DNA from: Eledone cirrhosa
Taxonomy: Eukaryota
Reading direction: 5' to 3'
DNA length: 64,000 nt
Assembly (NCBI GenBank): GCA_964016885.1
Contig: OZ024741.1
Span: 281,232,001-281,296,000 of the forward strand
Shown piece after piece: positions 27,533-40,570 of this stretch (position 1 is its first letter; each line of letters starts with the position of its first letter). Made by a program: the position numbers and the translations under genes. The notes beneath the pieces were generated by a model that did no database searches, was not told the origin of the DNA, and saw only the letters and a list, made by a program, of their open reading frames with translations.

Positions 27533-28644
27533 ATTTACAACAAATTCTATGCTTGATATTTCATTTTTTTTTGCCATAATTTGCAATAACTTTTGCTAAT
27601 GTGTGTTGGTTCTATTGTTATCCCTTAGTTCCCTAGAAAAGTGGTAGTGATGGTGTTATGATAAACTTCACCTAGCCCACCCTGTAAAGTGGTAGTGGTA
27701 GTGCTATGATAAAAAGCAACCAGTGCACCCTGTCATGTGGTTCAGGTGGTAGTGGACGTGCCATGATAAAACACACCCAGTACATGCTGGGAAGTTGATG
27801 GTGTTAGGAAGGATATCCAGCTGTAGAAAGTATATAAGAAAGACATGGTCATCTGACCTTGCTTAGCAACAGAATGTGACAGTCCCTCTAACTCATGCGA
27901 GTATAGAAAATAGACATATAATTGTGATGATTATGATGATGAGGATTTAGGTGTTGTTTATCTCTGAGTCTCATTGAGGAGATCTACAATGAGAGATTTT
28001 CCAGCAATGACTATCCTGTATATTCGTTTACCAAAAATTACAATTGTTGAATGTGTTCTTCCCTTTTTAAGAGGGTAGGATATTATTTGAAGAAAATTTG
28101 GCTGGTATTTCTAGTATGTCAAGACTCCCTCTATACAGTTAGTATAGTAATTATAGAGAGGACTTCTAACTCCTGATGCAGCCATAAAAGTACCATCCTG
28201 ACAGTGGCATGTCTTGGACATTTTAAACCTGGTGGTGCCCATCTTCCTCTCCAGGTCAGACCATAGATGATTTCTTCTAGAGAAGGAGAGCAAGAAAGAA
28301 TCAACCGCAGTACTGGATAGGTACTTCATTTATCAACTTGAATGGATGAAAGGCAAAGTTGACCTTGGTGGGATTTGAACTCAGAGAGTGCACGGAAGAG
28401 CAATAAATACCGAAGTATTTTTAATCTGATGTCCTAATGATTTTGCCTATCCACAAGTTTCTTTCATTTATTTTTAGTTACCTTTATTGTAATATATTTG
28501 AAATTAGATTGATGATTTGAAAGATAAATAAACATGCAGGGTCAGACTTATCATGGAACAGTATGACGAATGCCCTGGGCCCCTGCTCCGAACAGGGTCT
28601 TTTCTTCTCTCTCCCTCTCTCTCTCTCTTTGTGCTTATGTGTGT

Positions 28645-28699
<55 letters not shown>

Positions 28700-29320
28700 T
28701 ATGTAAACATGCATGTATGTATACCTACATACATATGTGTATACAGGCGTACAGTAGTATGTATATATATACATACATGCACACATATATATATGTACGT
28801 ATCGGTTTACCGAACATTTATTATAATACTCGGTTTGTTTGTTTGTAAACAAACAAACAGCCCGAATTACGCCGTACAGTGTTTAAGCAACCACGTCACC
28901 TTTTTGTTCAACACTGACACAGGAACGATGTACTAGTTTCAAGCTTATTAGCTATCGCCAGCATCGTATACCTTCCTGCCAGATAGTTGAACGTCTGAAA
29001 GTATATACTTTCCTTATGCATATTAACTAGTACATCGTTCCTGTGTCAGTGTTGAACAAAAAGGTGATGTGGTTGCCTAAACACTGTATGGCGTAATTCG
29101 GGCTGTTTGTTTGTTTAAACAAACAAACCGAGCATTATAATAAATGTTCGGTAAACCGATATGTGCATATATATGTGTGTGTATGTATGTATATATATAT
29201 ACATACTACTGTACGTCTGTATACACATATGTATGTACGTATCCATACATATATACTTACATTTAAGTAAATGCCGTACTAAGAGTGAGAAATGAAATTT
29301 CGTTTCATTCTATTCCATTT
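28700..29320. mobile_element. Hammerhead-bearing cassette with ~230-bp inverted arms in (TA)n
   Basis: 28710-28938 is the reverse complement of 29026-29250. Minus-strand motif at 28926-28966: CGATG CTGGCGA tagc-taata-agctt GAA ACTAGT A CATCG. Confidence 0.85.
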
Positions 29321-29389
29321 ATATATATATATATATATTATAAAATGATATTAAATAAATGGAAACTATATTTATAAAAACATATTTAT

Positions 29390-29444
29390 TCTATTATATA
29401 TATTTCAAGGGCACCAAAACTTTGGTACGCTTTCATCAGATAAA
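29390..29444 (-). ncRNA. Hammerhead motif with intact core
   Basis: TTTAT CTGATGA aagcgtaccaaa-g-ttttggtgccctt GAA ATATATAT A ATAGA. The cassette is bounded by (TA)n. Confidence 0.75.
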
Positions 29445-29574
29445 ATACGAAGTGTGTTTTATAAATTTTGACATAACCAAGAAAAATACCTTAATGGTTC
29501 AAGTTTTCCTTGAACCATTTATATTTGTTGAATTACCAACAAATTGAATATCCCTTTTGCTTATATATATGTAT

Positions 29575-29718
29575 TTATAAACTTATATGCATATATATAT
29601 ATATATACACATATGTACATATATATATATTATCTATGTATATATGTATATATATATGTATATGTATATATGTATGTATATATATATGTATCTATATATA
29701 TATGTGTATGTATATATA

Positions 29719-29789
<71 letters not shown>

Positions 29790-29814
29790 TCTAATGAATG
29801 AAACAGTTCTAGTC

Positions 29815-29858
<44 letters not shown>

Positions 29859-30070
29859 ATATATATATATATGTGTATATATATATATATGTGTATATAT
29901 ATATATATATGTGTATATATATATATATATGTGTGTATATATATATATGTGTGTGTATATATATATACACACACACATATATATACATATACACACACGT
30001 ATATACTCACACATACATACACAAACACATGTATACACATACATACACACAATATATAAACACACACACA
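29575..30070. repeat. Compound (TA)n/(TG)n/(CA)n microsatellite, representative of many in the window
   Basis: Read directly. Similar tracts at 7156, 7796, 8015, 8885-9290, 46190, 46595, 51337 and 52085. Confidence 0.95.
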
Positions 30071-31169
30071 TACAATAAAAAATATATAAACCGTACATAC
30101 ATAAAATATAAACGCATTTATAAAATGCAAACAAAAAGTTTCATGCAAATTTATACGTGTATAGGAATATGGACAAGGAAGTAAATATAGATATAAAATT
30201 ATATATATAAAGGCACACTTATATATGCACGTACTTACATACACACACATAAAAAAATGTTTACATTCACACACACATATATATATATATGTGTGTACAT
30301 ATATACAGGTTTTACTAAACTTCCATATATATACACACACATATATATACATGCGTACACACAAATGTGAATATATAAAAATCATATATTTGTACATACA
30401 TACGGACACATGCAAAAATAAATATACAAACACAAATACATATACAAATATGAAAAGAGGGGGGGGGGGGAGAAAATATGGAAATATATACAAATACACA
30501 TATATATGCAATTATGAAAAAAAAGGGGCGGGGGGGGGGTATGGAAATATACGTACATGCAGAACATACATACGCATACATATGACTATACATATACATT
30601 TACACAAAATATGCAAGAATACACATGCAATTATAAATAAATACATACAAAAGTGCATACATATATAAACATATTGATACATATCTATGAATATATTATC
30701 TGAAATGTAAGTATGTATGTAGAAAGAGTATAACTAATAGGTAGAAAGAAAAAGGGATGAGGGTAGTGAGAGTGTATAACAAAGGATATGTGAATAAAGT
30801 GAATATGTGAGTGTTATTGGTTGTAGATAAAGTCAAGGTTAAAAAAGGGAGAAGTGTTGAAGGTCTCTAAAAGGTTAAGAAGGGTGGACAGAATGAAGGT
30901 GTTTGGTGTGTGTGTGTTAAAAGTATGACAGAAAAAAAAAGGGGGGGGGGTATAATTAAAATAAATAAGTGGGTGTTTATTGTGTATAATGGTTGTGGTA
31001 AAATGTATGTGTTCATAAAGAGATCTGGCTAGTGAGTGGAAGACTTAATTTGTAAAAAGAGGCAGTTCAGGGTAGTTGAGTGTTTGTAGGTATATTATAC
31101 CAGCTGGAAAGAAGATGTGATTTCATGTGTGGACAACTTCTGAAGATCTAATATATAAATATTTATATA

Positions 31170-33657
31170 TAAATCCCTCCCCCATGAAGAATGTACCTCC
31201 CAACATAGACTCATAGTTAGCGACCTCATAGTCAGGACAAGACGTACTCGATAACAGAGGAAGACTATCCTCAGGAGAAAAATATGGAAACTAAAGGACC
31301 CCACAGCGAGTAATAAATTTAAAAGCATATTACTTGATGCTTTTGACAGTAAGGAAGAGCAATTAGAGTCGTACAATATAGAGGAATAGTGGGAATTCCT
31401 GAAAGCTAACCTGCTGAAGGCGACAGATGAGGTCTGTGGCTGGAGCAGGTCTATAGGAAGGAGGAGAGTAACATGGTGGTGGAACAGTAAGGTGGAGGAG
31501 TCAATTAAGGCCAAAAAGCAGGCTTGGAAAGTTTGGCGGGATGGGGGAAGTAGAGAAGACTATCAAGTGGCCAGGAGGGAAGCTAGGAGACAAGTGTACT
31601 TCGCAAGAAGGGAAGCAGAGGAAAGAAAGTTCAAGCATGTTCTACAACGCGAGGACCAAAAACGTGAGGTGTTCAGGATTCCTAGGCAATGTGTCAAAGA
31701 AAACCGTGACATTGTTGGGGAGAAGTGTGTCTTTAATGATGATGGTGTACTTGCCATCACTGACGCTGATAAGAAGGTAGCTTGGAAGTGTCACTACGAA
31801 AGGCTACTAAATGAGGAGAATAAATGGGAGAAAGACAGTCTCCCCCACATCGATCGAATAGAGGGACCAGCAGTGCAAGTTGAAGGTAGTATAATAAGTA
31901 AGGCAATCAAAGATATGAAGACGGGCAAGGCGGCTGGGCCTTTGGAAATAGTTGCTGAAATGCTGAAAGCATCTGGAACGGTGGGACACACTATGGTCAC
32001 CCGGATAGTAAACCAAGTCATACAGAATGGGGTCGTACCGAAGGACTGGCGTAGTAGCATCATCATTAACTGCTACAAGGGTAAAGGAGATGCCCTAGAT
32101 AGGGGAAACTATAGAGGCATTAAATTAATTGACCAGGTCATGAAGGTCACAGAAAAAGTAATGGCGCAACTAATCAGAGAGCGAATTGATCTGGATGAAA
32201 TGCAGTTCGGGTTTGTGTCAGGTAAAAGTACCACAGACGCTCTTTTCATTGTACGACAACTACAGGAGAAGTACCTAGCTAAAAGTAAACCCCTATACTT
32301 AGCTTTTGTTGACTTGGAGAAAGCCTTTGACAGAGTCCCCCGCTCCATTATCTGGTGGGCTCTTAGAAAATTAGGTGTTGATGAATGGCTTGTGAGAGCT
32401 ATACAAGCCATGTATAAAGAAACAGTCAGCAAGGTTAGAATTAAGAACGAATATAGTGAAGAGTTTAGTGTAAAAGTTGGTGTTCATCAGGGCTCCGTCC
32501 TTAGCCCCCTCCTATTTATTATTGCCCTTCAGGCTATAACAGATGAGTTCAAGACCGGCTGCCCATGGGAACTCCTATACGCAGATGATCTAATGCTCAT
32601 AGCTGAATCAATGGCCGAACTAGAGAAGAAATTCCAAATATGGAAGCATGGCCTAGAATCAAAAGGCCTTAAAATTAACTTGTCTAAGACTAAAGTTCTA
32701 GTTTGTAGGAAGGAAAATAGGGTACCAGTCCCATCTGGGAAATGGCCATGCTCAGTGTGTAGGAAAGGAGTAGGCAGAAACTCCATTTTATGTCCCAAAT
32801 GCAAAGTATGGGTGCATAAAAGATGTAGTGGGATCACAGGCAAGCTAACTAAGAATATAGATTTTATATGTGGCCGGTGCTCTGCTGCAATAAGTAGCAG
32901 CAAGTGCCCACCGAATACTAGCTCATTCCATTGCACAGATGGTTCTATAGAAATAGTGGACAGCTTCCGTTACCTGGGTGACAAAATCAGCAGTGGTGGA
33001 GGGTGCTCTGAAAGTACAGTAGCTAGAGTCAGAACTGGATGGAAAAAGTTCAGAGAGCTTATACCACTATTGGCCGCTAAAGGGTTCTCTCTAAAAATGA
33101 AAGGCAGGCTGTATGATGCCTGCATACGAACAGCAATGTTGCATGGCAGTGAGACCTGGGCATTGTGTGCAGAGGATATACACAGACTGGAGAGGAACGA
33201 AGCTTGCATGCTCCGCTGGATGTGTAATAGCAATATACGTGAACAGCAAAGCATAAACGAACTTAGGGAGAAATTAGGAATAAGAGGGATCAGATGCTGT
33301 TTACTCGAGAGAAGACTACGTTGGTACGGTCACGTGATGCGCATGAAAGACGACAGCTGTATAAAAAAGTGCAGGGCGATAAAAATAGACGGTAGCCATG
33401 GAATAGGCAGACCCAGAAAAACCTGGGACGACTTGATAAATTCCGACCTCACACACTTACACCTCTCCAAGACAATGTCACTGGACCGAGATCTTTGGCG
33501 CTACACAGTAATACAAAAGACCCGCCTTGCCTAAGTACAAAGCGAATACTACAGTCAGTAGGCACCTCTAACAAAAATACACCCCCGTCCCACTACCCCC
33601 AACCCATCCACACCACCCCTTCCAATGTGATGTTATGTTGGTACCACAACATCCAGA
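31170..33657 (+). mobile_element. RTE-clade LINE, 5'-truncated, with an open 680-aa RT frame (31492-33534)
   Basis: NYRGIKL, QFGF, AFVDLEKAFDRVP, QGSVLSP, YADD, FRYLG and RRLRWYGH motifs. The upstream endonuclease end (EECTSQHRLIV) has stops, and the 3' UTR is cut short. Confidence 0.95.
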
Positions 33658-36600
33658 AGCGAAAAATCGATACTTTCAAAAATCGTCCGATTTCGATGAA
33701 ACTCGACGCAAGTGTGTATTTTGATCCGGGGATGAACGTGGGCTACATTAAATTCGATAATTGGATCACCAGAGGCAAAAATCGATATTTACGAAATTTG
33801 ACATAGGTATGTATTTTGATGCGGGGATCAACGTGGGGTACTTGAAATCGGACCCCCAGAGGCAAAAATCCGGCAACCGAAAAACGCCATTCTTCTTTAC
33901 TTCCATTTGTCGCGACTGCCGCCATGCAAAAAACATTCAATCTATCAGGATTATCCACCGTAAGTCTCTTTATATTAACGCTCACCATATTCAGCAAACC
34001 TTTTATGCCGATTCTTCCATTTCTTATATAAGGACTATCAAGACTATACCGCCGCGCATCATCCTGTATTGCACCCAGTCTTCTCAAGCTCTCTTCATTC
34101 CCGTGGTCCCACTACCGTAGCATAATGAGGCATCCGTTAACCCCTGCCCTCTCCCTTCCCTGCACGCCGTCGACCAACTGCATCATTGTGCATCACCAAG
34201 CGCATCTTTGCCTTGTCAGCCGCAATTCATTCCCCGGCCCTTTCCATTGCCTGCCCTCCGTGGTCCCTAAGGACTGCCACGGCTCAACATGCGGAATTCC
34301 TGCCACCGCCCACCCCTGCCCATTTCCATTGCCTACACTCCGGGAGAGCTCAAGACTTCCATGCCTGACCAAGCCGCATTCCTGCCACCGTCAACCCCTG
34401 CCCTCTCTCTTCCCTGCACGCCGTCGTCCCACTGCATCCTCATGCCTCACCATGCCGCATTACTGCCCTGTCGGCCACCATCCCCTCCTCAGCCGTTTCT
34501 TTTGCCTGCCCGCCATGCTCCTTCAAGACTGCCATGCCTAACCAAGCCGCATCCCTGCCACCATCAAGTCCTGCCCTCTCCTTTCCCTGCACGCTGTCGT
34601 CCCACTGCATCGTCATGCCTCACCATGCCGCATCCATGCTCTGTCAGCCGCCATGCCCTCCCTGCCCCCTCCCTTACCTGCACGCCTTGGTCCTTCACGA
34701 GTGCCATGGCTCACCATGCGGAAACCCTGCAACCGTCAAACCCGGCCATCTCCCTTCCCTGCACGCCGTCGACCCACTGCATCGTTATGCCTCACCATGC
34801 CGCATCCATGATCTGTCAGCCGCCATCCCCTCCTCACCCTTTTATTTTGCCTGCCCGCCGTGTTCCTTCAAGTCTGCTATGCCTAACCAAGCCGCATCCC
34901 TGCCACCGTCAACTCCTGCCCTCTCCCTTGCCCACACGCCTTAGTCCCTCACGACTGCCATGGCTCACCATGCGGCATTCCTGCCCTGCCAGCAACTTGC
35001 TCAAATGTCATCAGCATGGTTTATTCCTGCGCTGCACATAACCGCCCATTATCTCAGACCAAAGACAGCACTGAACATGAAGACGATCCTGTGTAAGTCT
35101 TTTTACATTCATTTTGACCATATTTAATAAAATTAAACAAAATTTCATCCCTTTCTCCTCCAGAGCCTACCGATCATGTATGGCCGATAAACATCCTGCC
35201 TTGCACCCGGTTTTCTCAAACAATCATTGTGCCTCCTGATGCTCTATACATTCCCGAGGTGCAACTCAATTGGCATGCTGCATCCACGCCCTGTCAGCCG
35301 CCATGCACCCTACCCTTTTGTCATGCCTCATCATGTTGCACCCCTGCCCTGTCAGCCGCCATCCACTCCCTGACCCTTTCCACTGCCTAGGCATGGCAAA
35401 CTTGAGGGACCAATTCGCATCCCTGAAACCATCAACCCCTGCCCTCTCCGTTTCTTGCAAGCCGTCGTCCCACTGCATCGTCATGCATCACCATGCCACA
35501 TCAATGCTTTGTCAGCCGCCATCACCTCCATGGCACTTTCTTTTGCCTGCCTGCAGTGCTCCTTCAAGACTGCCATGGCTCACCATGCAGCATCCTTGCC
35601 ACCGTCCACCCCTGCCCTCTTCCTTGCCTGCTGGCCGTCGTCCCACTGCATCGTCGTGCCTCAGGATGCCGCATCCATGCACTGTCAGCCACCATCCCCT
35701 CCTCGGCCCTTTTTCCTGACTGCCGTGCTCCTTCAAGACTCCCATGGCTATCTATGCTGCATCAATTCCTTGCCACTCGCTTAAACGTCATCAGCATGGC
35801 TTATTGTTGCCCCATTTGACCACCGATTTTCGCAGGCTAAACACAATACCAACGTGCATGATAGTCCATGGTAAATCTTTTTATTACATGTTCATCTTGC
35901 TAAGCAAAGGATGAATAGCAACTCTTTCATTTCTCCTGACATACCTTTCTGTCAATTATGGCCGAGAAGCATCCAGTGTAGCATCGCGTCTTCTCAAGCG
36001 ATCAGCGTGCCTTCCACTGTCCTCACAATTGACTCACATCTATTCCCTGTGACGCCCCTAAACATCATCAGCATGGCTTATTTTTCTGCCGCGTTTAATC
36101 GGCCTTCATTCTAGGCCATAAACAACAAAACCGCACGATGATGCTGCGTAAGTCTATTTAAATTAATGGTCAACATGTTCAGCAAAACAATTGTACCAAT
36201 TCTTCCTCTTCACCTCCAAGGCCTATCCATTACATCTTAGAGGTCGGGATTCGCAATTTCTACGATTTCAATATTGACACAACAGTCCGTCAGATTTTTC
36301 GGCATATGTTGCTCCGATAGGAATATCAACATGATTTTCACTTAATTCGTAAGTGTTCAGTCTTCCGTATGCTTTTATTTTTTATTGATACAACACCGAC
36401 TACAATCATCTAACTTCACTTTGTAGGCTAGACGCAAATCACAAGGAAAACAATCCTCTGATATACAACCCCACCAAATTCTTTGGTCTACCTAGATTTC
36501 AATGGCTATATCCTTTGCTTTTGTACGGTTGTACATTTGACAATGTCGCAAAACATTATTCCACTTGATTCTTACCTTTCATCTATGAATTGGGCAGTGC

Positions 36601-37562
36601 CTTAAAATCCTGGTTTATTTGCGTGCAATTTTTTGGTATCTTATGAATGGAGAATCAAAAACCCTTTTTCTCATAACCTGATACATGCGTTACACATGCT
36701 CCATGGATGTTTGTGGACTATTTTTTTCAAAATACCACATATCACAGATTGGAGCACAAAAAGAAACGTTTGTTCTTCATTTATTTTGGTTAAAGCATCC
36801 TGCTGGAATTTAGTGCAGACCTGTTTAAATCCAGCGCCTTATAACCCCGAGTGTAACCGGGTACACCAGCTAGAAAGATAAATGGAAACATTGTTTGACG
36901 AAAGTCGATTTAGTTCCACAACAAATTAACAAACCATACTTGAAGACACGTTGAGGCTGTTGCAAAGGGCAATAACCCTAGACACAATTTTGATCAAATT
37001 TTTTTCACCTATAGCAAATTTACCAGGACAGGTTTTTAGCTACTCAAATCTATTTCAGAGGTCACGCATTCATGTAAAAAATCAATAAAATTGAAGCGGG
37101 AGTTCAACTTTGCGCAAAAAACAAGGCAAAGTTGCACATGGGAAAACTTTTTACAGGAACGTCCGATTTTCTTGAAAATTGTCGCAAAAGACTCGCCATT
37201 ATGCCGCGGTTCAGATAAAGTCCCTTTTATTTCTTCTTCTGTACATGTGAGCGCGAAAATTGTAAAAAAAAAAAAGAGAAAATCGACTTTTTCACCCTGC
37301 TTTAAAAATCAACTGAAAATTCAATTTCAAGTGAATTTGACTTCTGTCAGTCGTGCAAAGAACAATTTCAACGATACACTGTAAATCTTCAATTGATCCA
37401 TTATTTATGCTCAATTACACACCTGCATCTATTAACCTCTGTTTTTTTTTCTTGAGGTTTGAAGGTTTTTGCACATGTGATGCGCGGGAAGTAACTTCCA
37501 CACATTTTAACAACAGAGCAAAGGTCGACTTACACCCAGGCAACGCCGGGTACTTCTGCTAG
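33654..37562 (+). mobile_element. Non-autonomous Helitron-like element with internal C-rich repeat arrays
   Basis: 3' hairpin CCCAGGC-AAC-GCCGGG, then CTAG|T at 37559-37563. CpG-rich relative to its flanks, with internal tandem duplications. The 5' TC end was not clearly found. Confidence 0.7.
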
Positions 37563-38249
37563 TACATATATATAGTTCAAGGAAATGACAAACCAAAAAT
37601 ATAAAGTCTTATTAATTTCACGCTTTATATGGAAAAAGGGAACAAAAGTTTTATGTGTCAGGTTTACAAAAAATAGAGACAGGATGAGAAATATAAAAAA
37701 AATATATATATATGTGTGTGTGTTGTTATATGAGGGGTCCCACCAAACCTGAACTGCCCCAGGCCCTCCAAGGATTAAGTCTGGTTCTGTATACTTGCTA
37801 GCTTCAATACAAGATAGTCTAATATATGAATAACATTAGGTTGTGGTTCTATACAAAGATACTGAAATATTCATCTTGACTTTAGGCTTTAGAATGTGCC
37901 TGCATTGTAGCTGTAGCTCATCTTGACAGGCTAGAAGAATGATAGATGAAGGGTTTTCTACATCTAAAGAATTCTCATAATTTCTGGCCAAGATCACTCA
38001 CATCAAAATATTCTAAAAATTCCTGAAAGCTTTACTGAATACAATTTGACGTCAATACAGAAAAAGGCATTTTTAGTCTAATATTCTAACAACTCTTCCA
38101 ATTTGCTGCCTTACTCTGCTGAACTTACCAAATATATTTCAGCAACCTTCTCACTGGGTTTTAAAATGAAAACTATGCATCTGCCATCCTTACCATCCCA
38201 AATACAGATGAACCAATAATAGCTAGAGTTTGTGATAAAACGTTAAATA

Positions 38250-38456
38250 CAGGTTGTATCAAAATGGCTATATCTCAAAAGACTATATTTTTTAAACAAA
38301 TGACCATATAATTATGCAGTAACTTATACAATACATGCCTGAATATAAAGTTTTATTCTTTTTTTATAACTTTTATAAATTTTTATAAAGTTATTTACTT
38401 ATTAGCATTTGTAATAATTGTAAATAAAATCAGGTGATTCTTTTTTATAAACCCTG
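38250..38456. mobile_element. Tc1/mariner-like MITE
   Basis: TA|CAGGTTGTATCAAAA ... TTTTTATAAACCCTG|TA. Confidence 0.6.
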
Positions 38457-38547
38457 TATTTTGATTTTATTACTGGCTTCAGTCTTTAGACTCCAGCTGT
38501 GTTGATGCACGGTGCTCAATGATTTAGTCAATTATATTAATCAGAGT

Positions 38548-38890
38548 GAAGGCGCATGGCTTAATGGTTAGAGCAGGCTTGTGATCAGGAGTTTGTGAGT
38601 TTGATTCTCAGACTGGGTGATGTATTGTGACTTTGAGATAGACACTTTATTTCACATTGCTCCAGTTCACTCAGTTGTAGAAATGAATTGTACATCACTG
38701 GTGCCAAGCTGTATTAGTCATTACTTTTCCCTTTCACAACTTCGGTGGCATGGAGAGGGGAGACTAGTATGCATGGGTAACTGTTGGTCTTCCACAAACA
38801 ACTGTACCCAAACTTGTGCCTTAGAGGGGAACATTCTAGGTGCAACTCTCATGGTCATTCATGACTGAAGGGGGTCTTTACCCTTTTATT
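38548..38890 (+). mobile_element. tRNA-headed CORE-like SINE (second tail type)
   Basis: GGCGCATGGCTTAATGG and GAGTTTGATTC boxes. Shares its centre with the 10717 copy. The 3' part is related to 45585-45730 on the minus strand. Confidence 0.7.
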
Positions 38891-40295
38891 AATCACAGTA
38901 TTATTTTAGTCTGCTATTCATCATTTTTTGTTAAACTGTTGGAGATATTTGTGGAAATTTTACGCTATAATTCATTTGTTTTAATAGATCAGACATTTAT
39001 GGAGCTATTTTTATGTGTGTGTGGAAATAATTTCAAGAATTTAAGTTCTTTATTGATAGTCACAGCAACAGACATGTTTCAGTTTTATTGGGCCGTGTCA
39101 GCAAGGTATAGACAATGAATATGCTTGATCAGTAGAAAGAAAGTATACAGCTGTGAGTATAGAACACTATTTGTTGTTGTTTAGCACCAAGTCAGCCATG
39201 ATTGAAGGCACATGGCTGAGTGGTTAGCGTGTTGGACTCACAATCATAGGATCGTGGGTTTAATTCCTGGACCGGATGACACATCGTGTTGTTGAACAAG
39301 ACACTTGATTTTACATGGCTTTTCATTGTAGGATTGGTGTCCTTATCATTAAAATACTCAAGAAACCATATAGCCTTAGTTAAGCTATACAGAAAATAAC
39401 AAATGGTGATTTGTTCAACTGTATATTACATGACAAACATTTACAATTGTCAGAAGGAGCAATCTAGCCATAAAGTTCAGGTCTTGGTAATCGCCACACT
39501 GGAAGTGCCTTCACTACTGACCATTTCAGTAAAGTCCCTTCTGTCGACAGTTCATCTTTATGAGCTTGCGGCAATGCCCTACAACCACATGTGAGATACA
39601 GCTTTATAAGAAGCCAGGTAAACTCACATAATTATGAGCTGTAAATTTCATTTATTTTTCACTGACTAAGCAGACTTATGATCAAAGGCATTCCAACCAC
39701 GTCCATCCAGTCTTTTTAGCTGATGTTATTGTTGATATTAGGATTAGAGCATTTGATTGGTGAATGTACCATCAACATAATTATCAGGGAGATTCAGCAT
39801 ATCACAGTATGACAAAGTTGGCCCTTTTAGTTACATATATTGTCTAACTGATAAATTTCTAAATATTTTCCATCTACCCGATTTGACTCACGTGGCTTGG
39901 GTTAATATGAGGCTATGGTAAATTTACTCAATATGTCATGCAGTGGGATTGAACCCAGTGACTTATGATTGCTTCAGGCATGCTACATCCATGATTGTCA
40001 TTGCATCCAAAATTTAAATCACATTGGAAGGAATTCGGAAACAGAAGTCATGTTTGAGAATAGGTAAAAGCATAGTTGCGAAAGGTGAAAGTGATATGTG
40101 AACTAACTAATATCTTCAGTAAAGTAGTAGTTATGTTAAACATTGGCAGGGTTGGCTCAGATTTCTCTGAATGAAATGACCCACTATTTCCTTCTACACT
40201 ACCATCACCACATACACACTCACAAATCTCCCTTTGCTTTCTTCTCATAATACCAATTGATATCAGTAACATTGTCATTCTCATTTTCATTGCTT

Positions 40296-40570
40296 CTGCC
40301 ACCACCACCACAACCATCACCACCACCATTACCACCCCCACCACCACAACTGTCACCACCACCATTACCCCTGCCACCACCACTACCACAATCATCACCA
40401 CCACCTCCACTACCACTGCCACTTACCACCACCACTACCACTGCCACTACCACTGCCCCACCCACCACTGCCATCATCACCACTACCACTGCCCACATTC
40501 CTACCACAGCCACCATCACCACCGCAACCACTACCACCACTGCCAACCCCACTGCAGCCACTGCCACTAT
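40296..40570. repeat. Degenerate (CCA)n tract
   Basis: Read directly. Similar tracts at 17580-17670 and 42395-42575. Confidence 0.9.

Noticed and set aside
29510-30668. Long ORFs rich in Y/I/C/V/H/T here and elsewhere
   Set aside because: They are translations of (TA)n, (TG)n and (CA)n tracts, which lack stop codons.
31147-31170. TCTAATATATAAAT as the Helitron 5' end
   Set aside because: Too short and AT-rich to tell from background, and separated from the element by the RTE.
34125-35819. Cys/Pro/His-rich ORFs of up to 250 aa
   Set aside because: Overlapping frames of a C-rich tandem array inside the Helitron-like element, with no recognisable domain.
37886-37942. Candidate ENO4 exon after TTTAG
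   Set aside because: There is an in-frame stop in phase 0 and no good donor. 41646-41717 fits far better.
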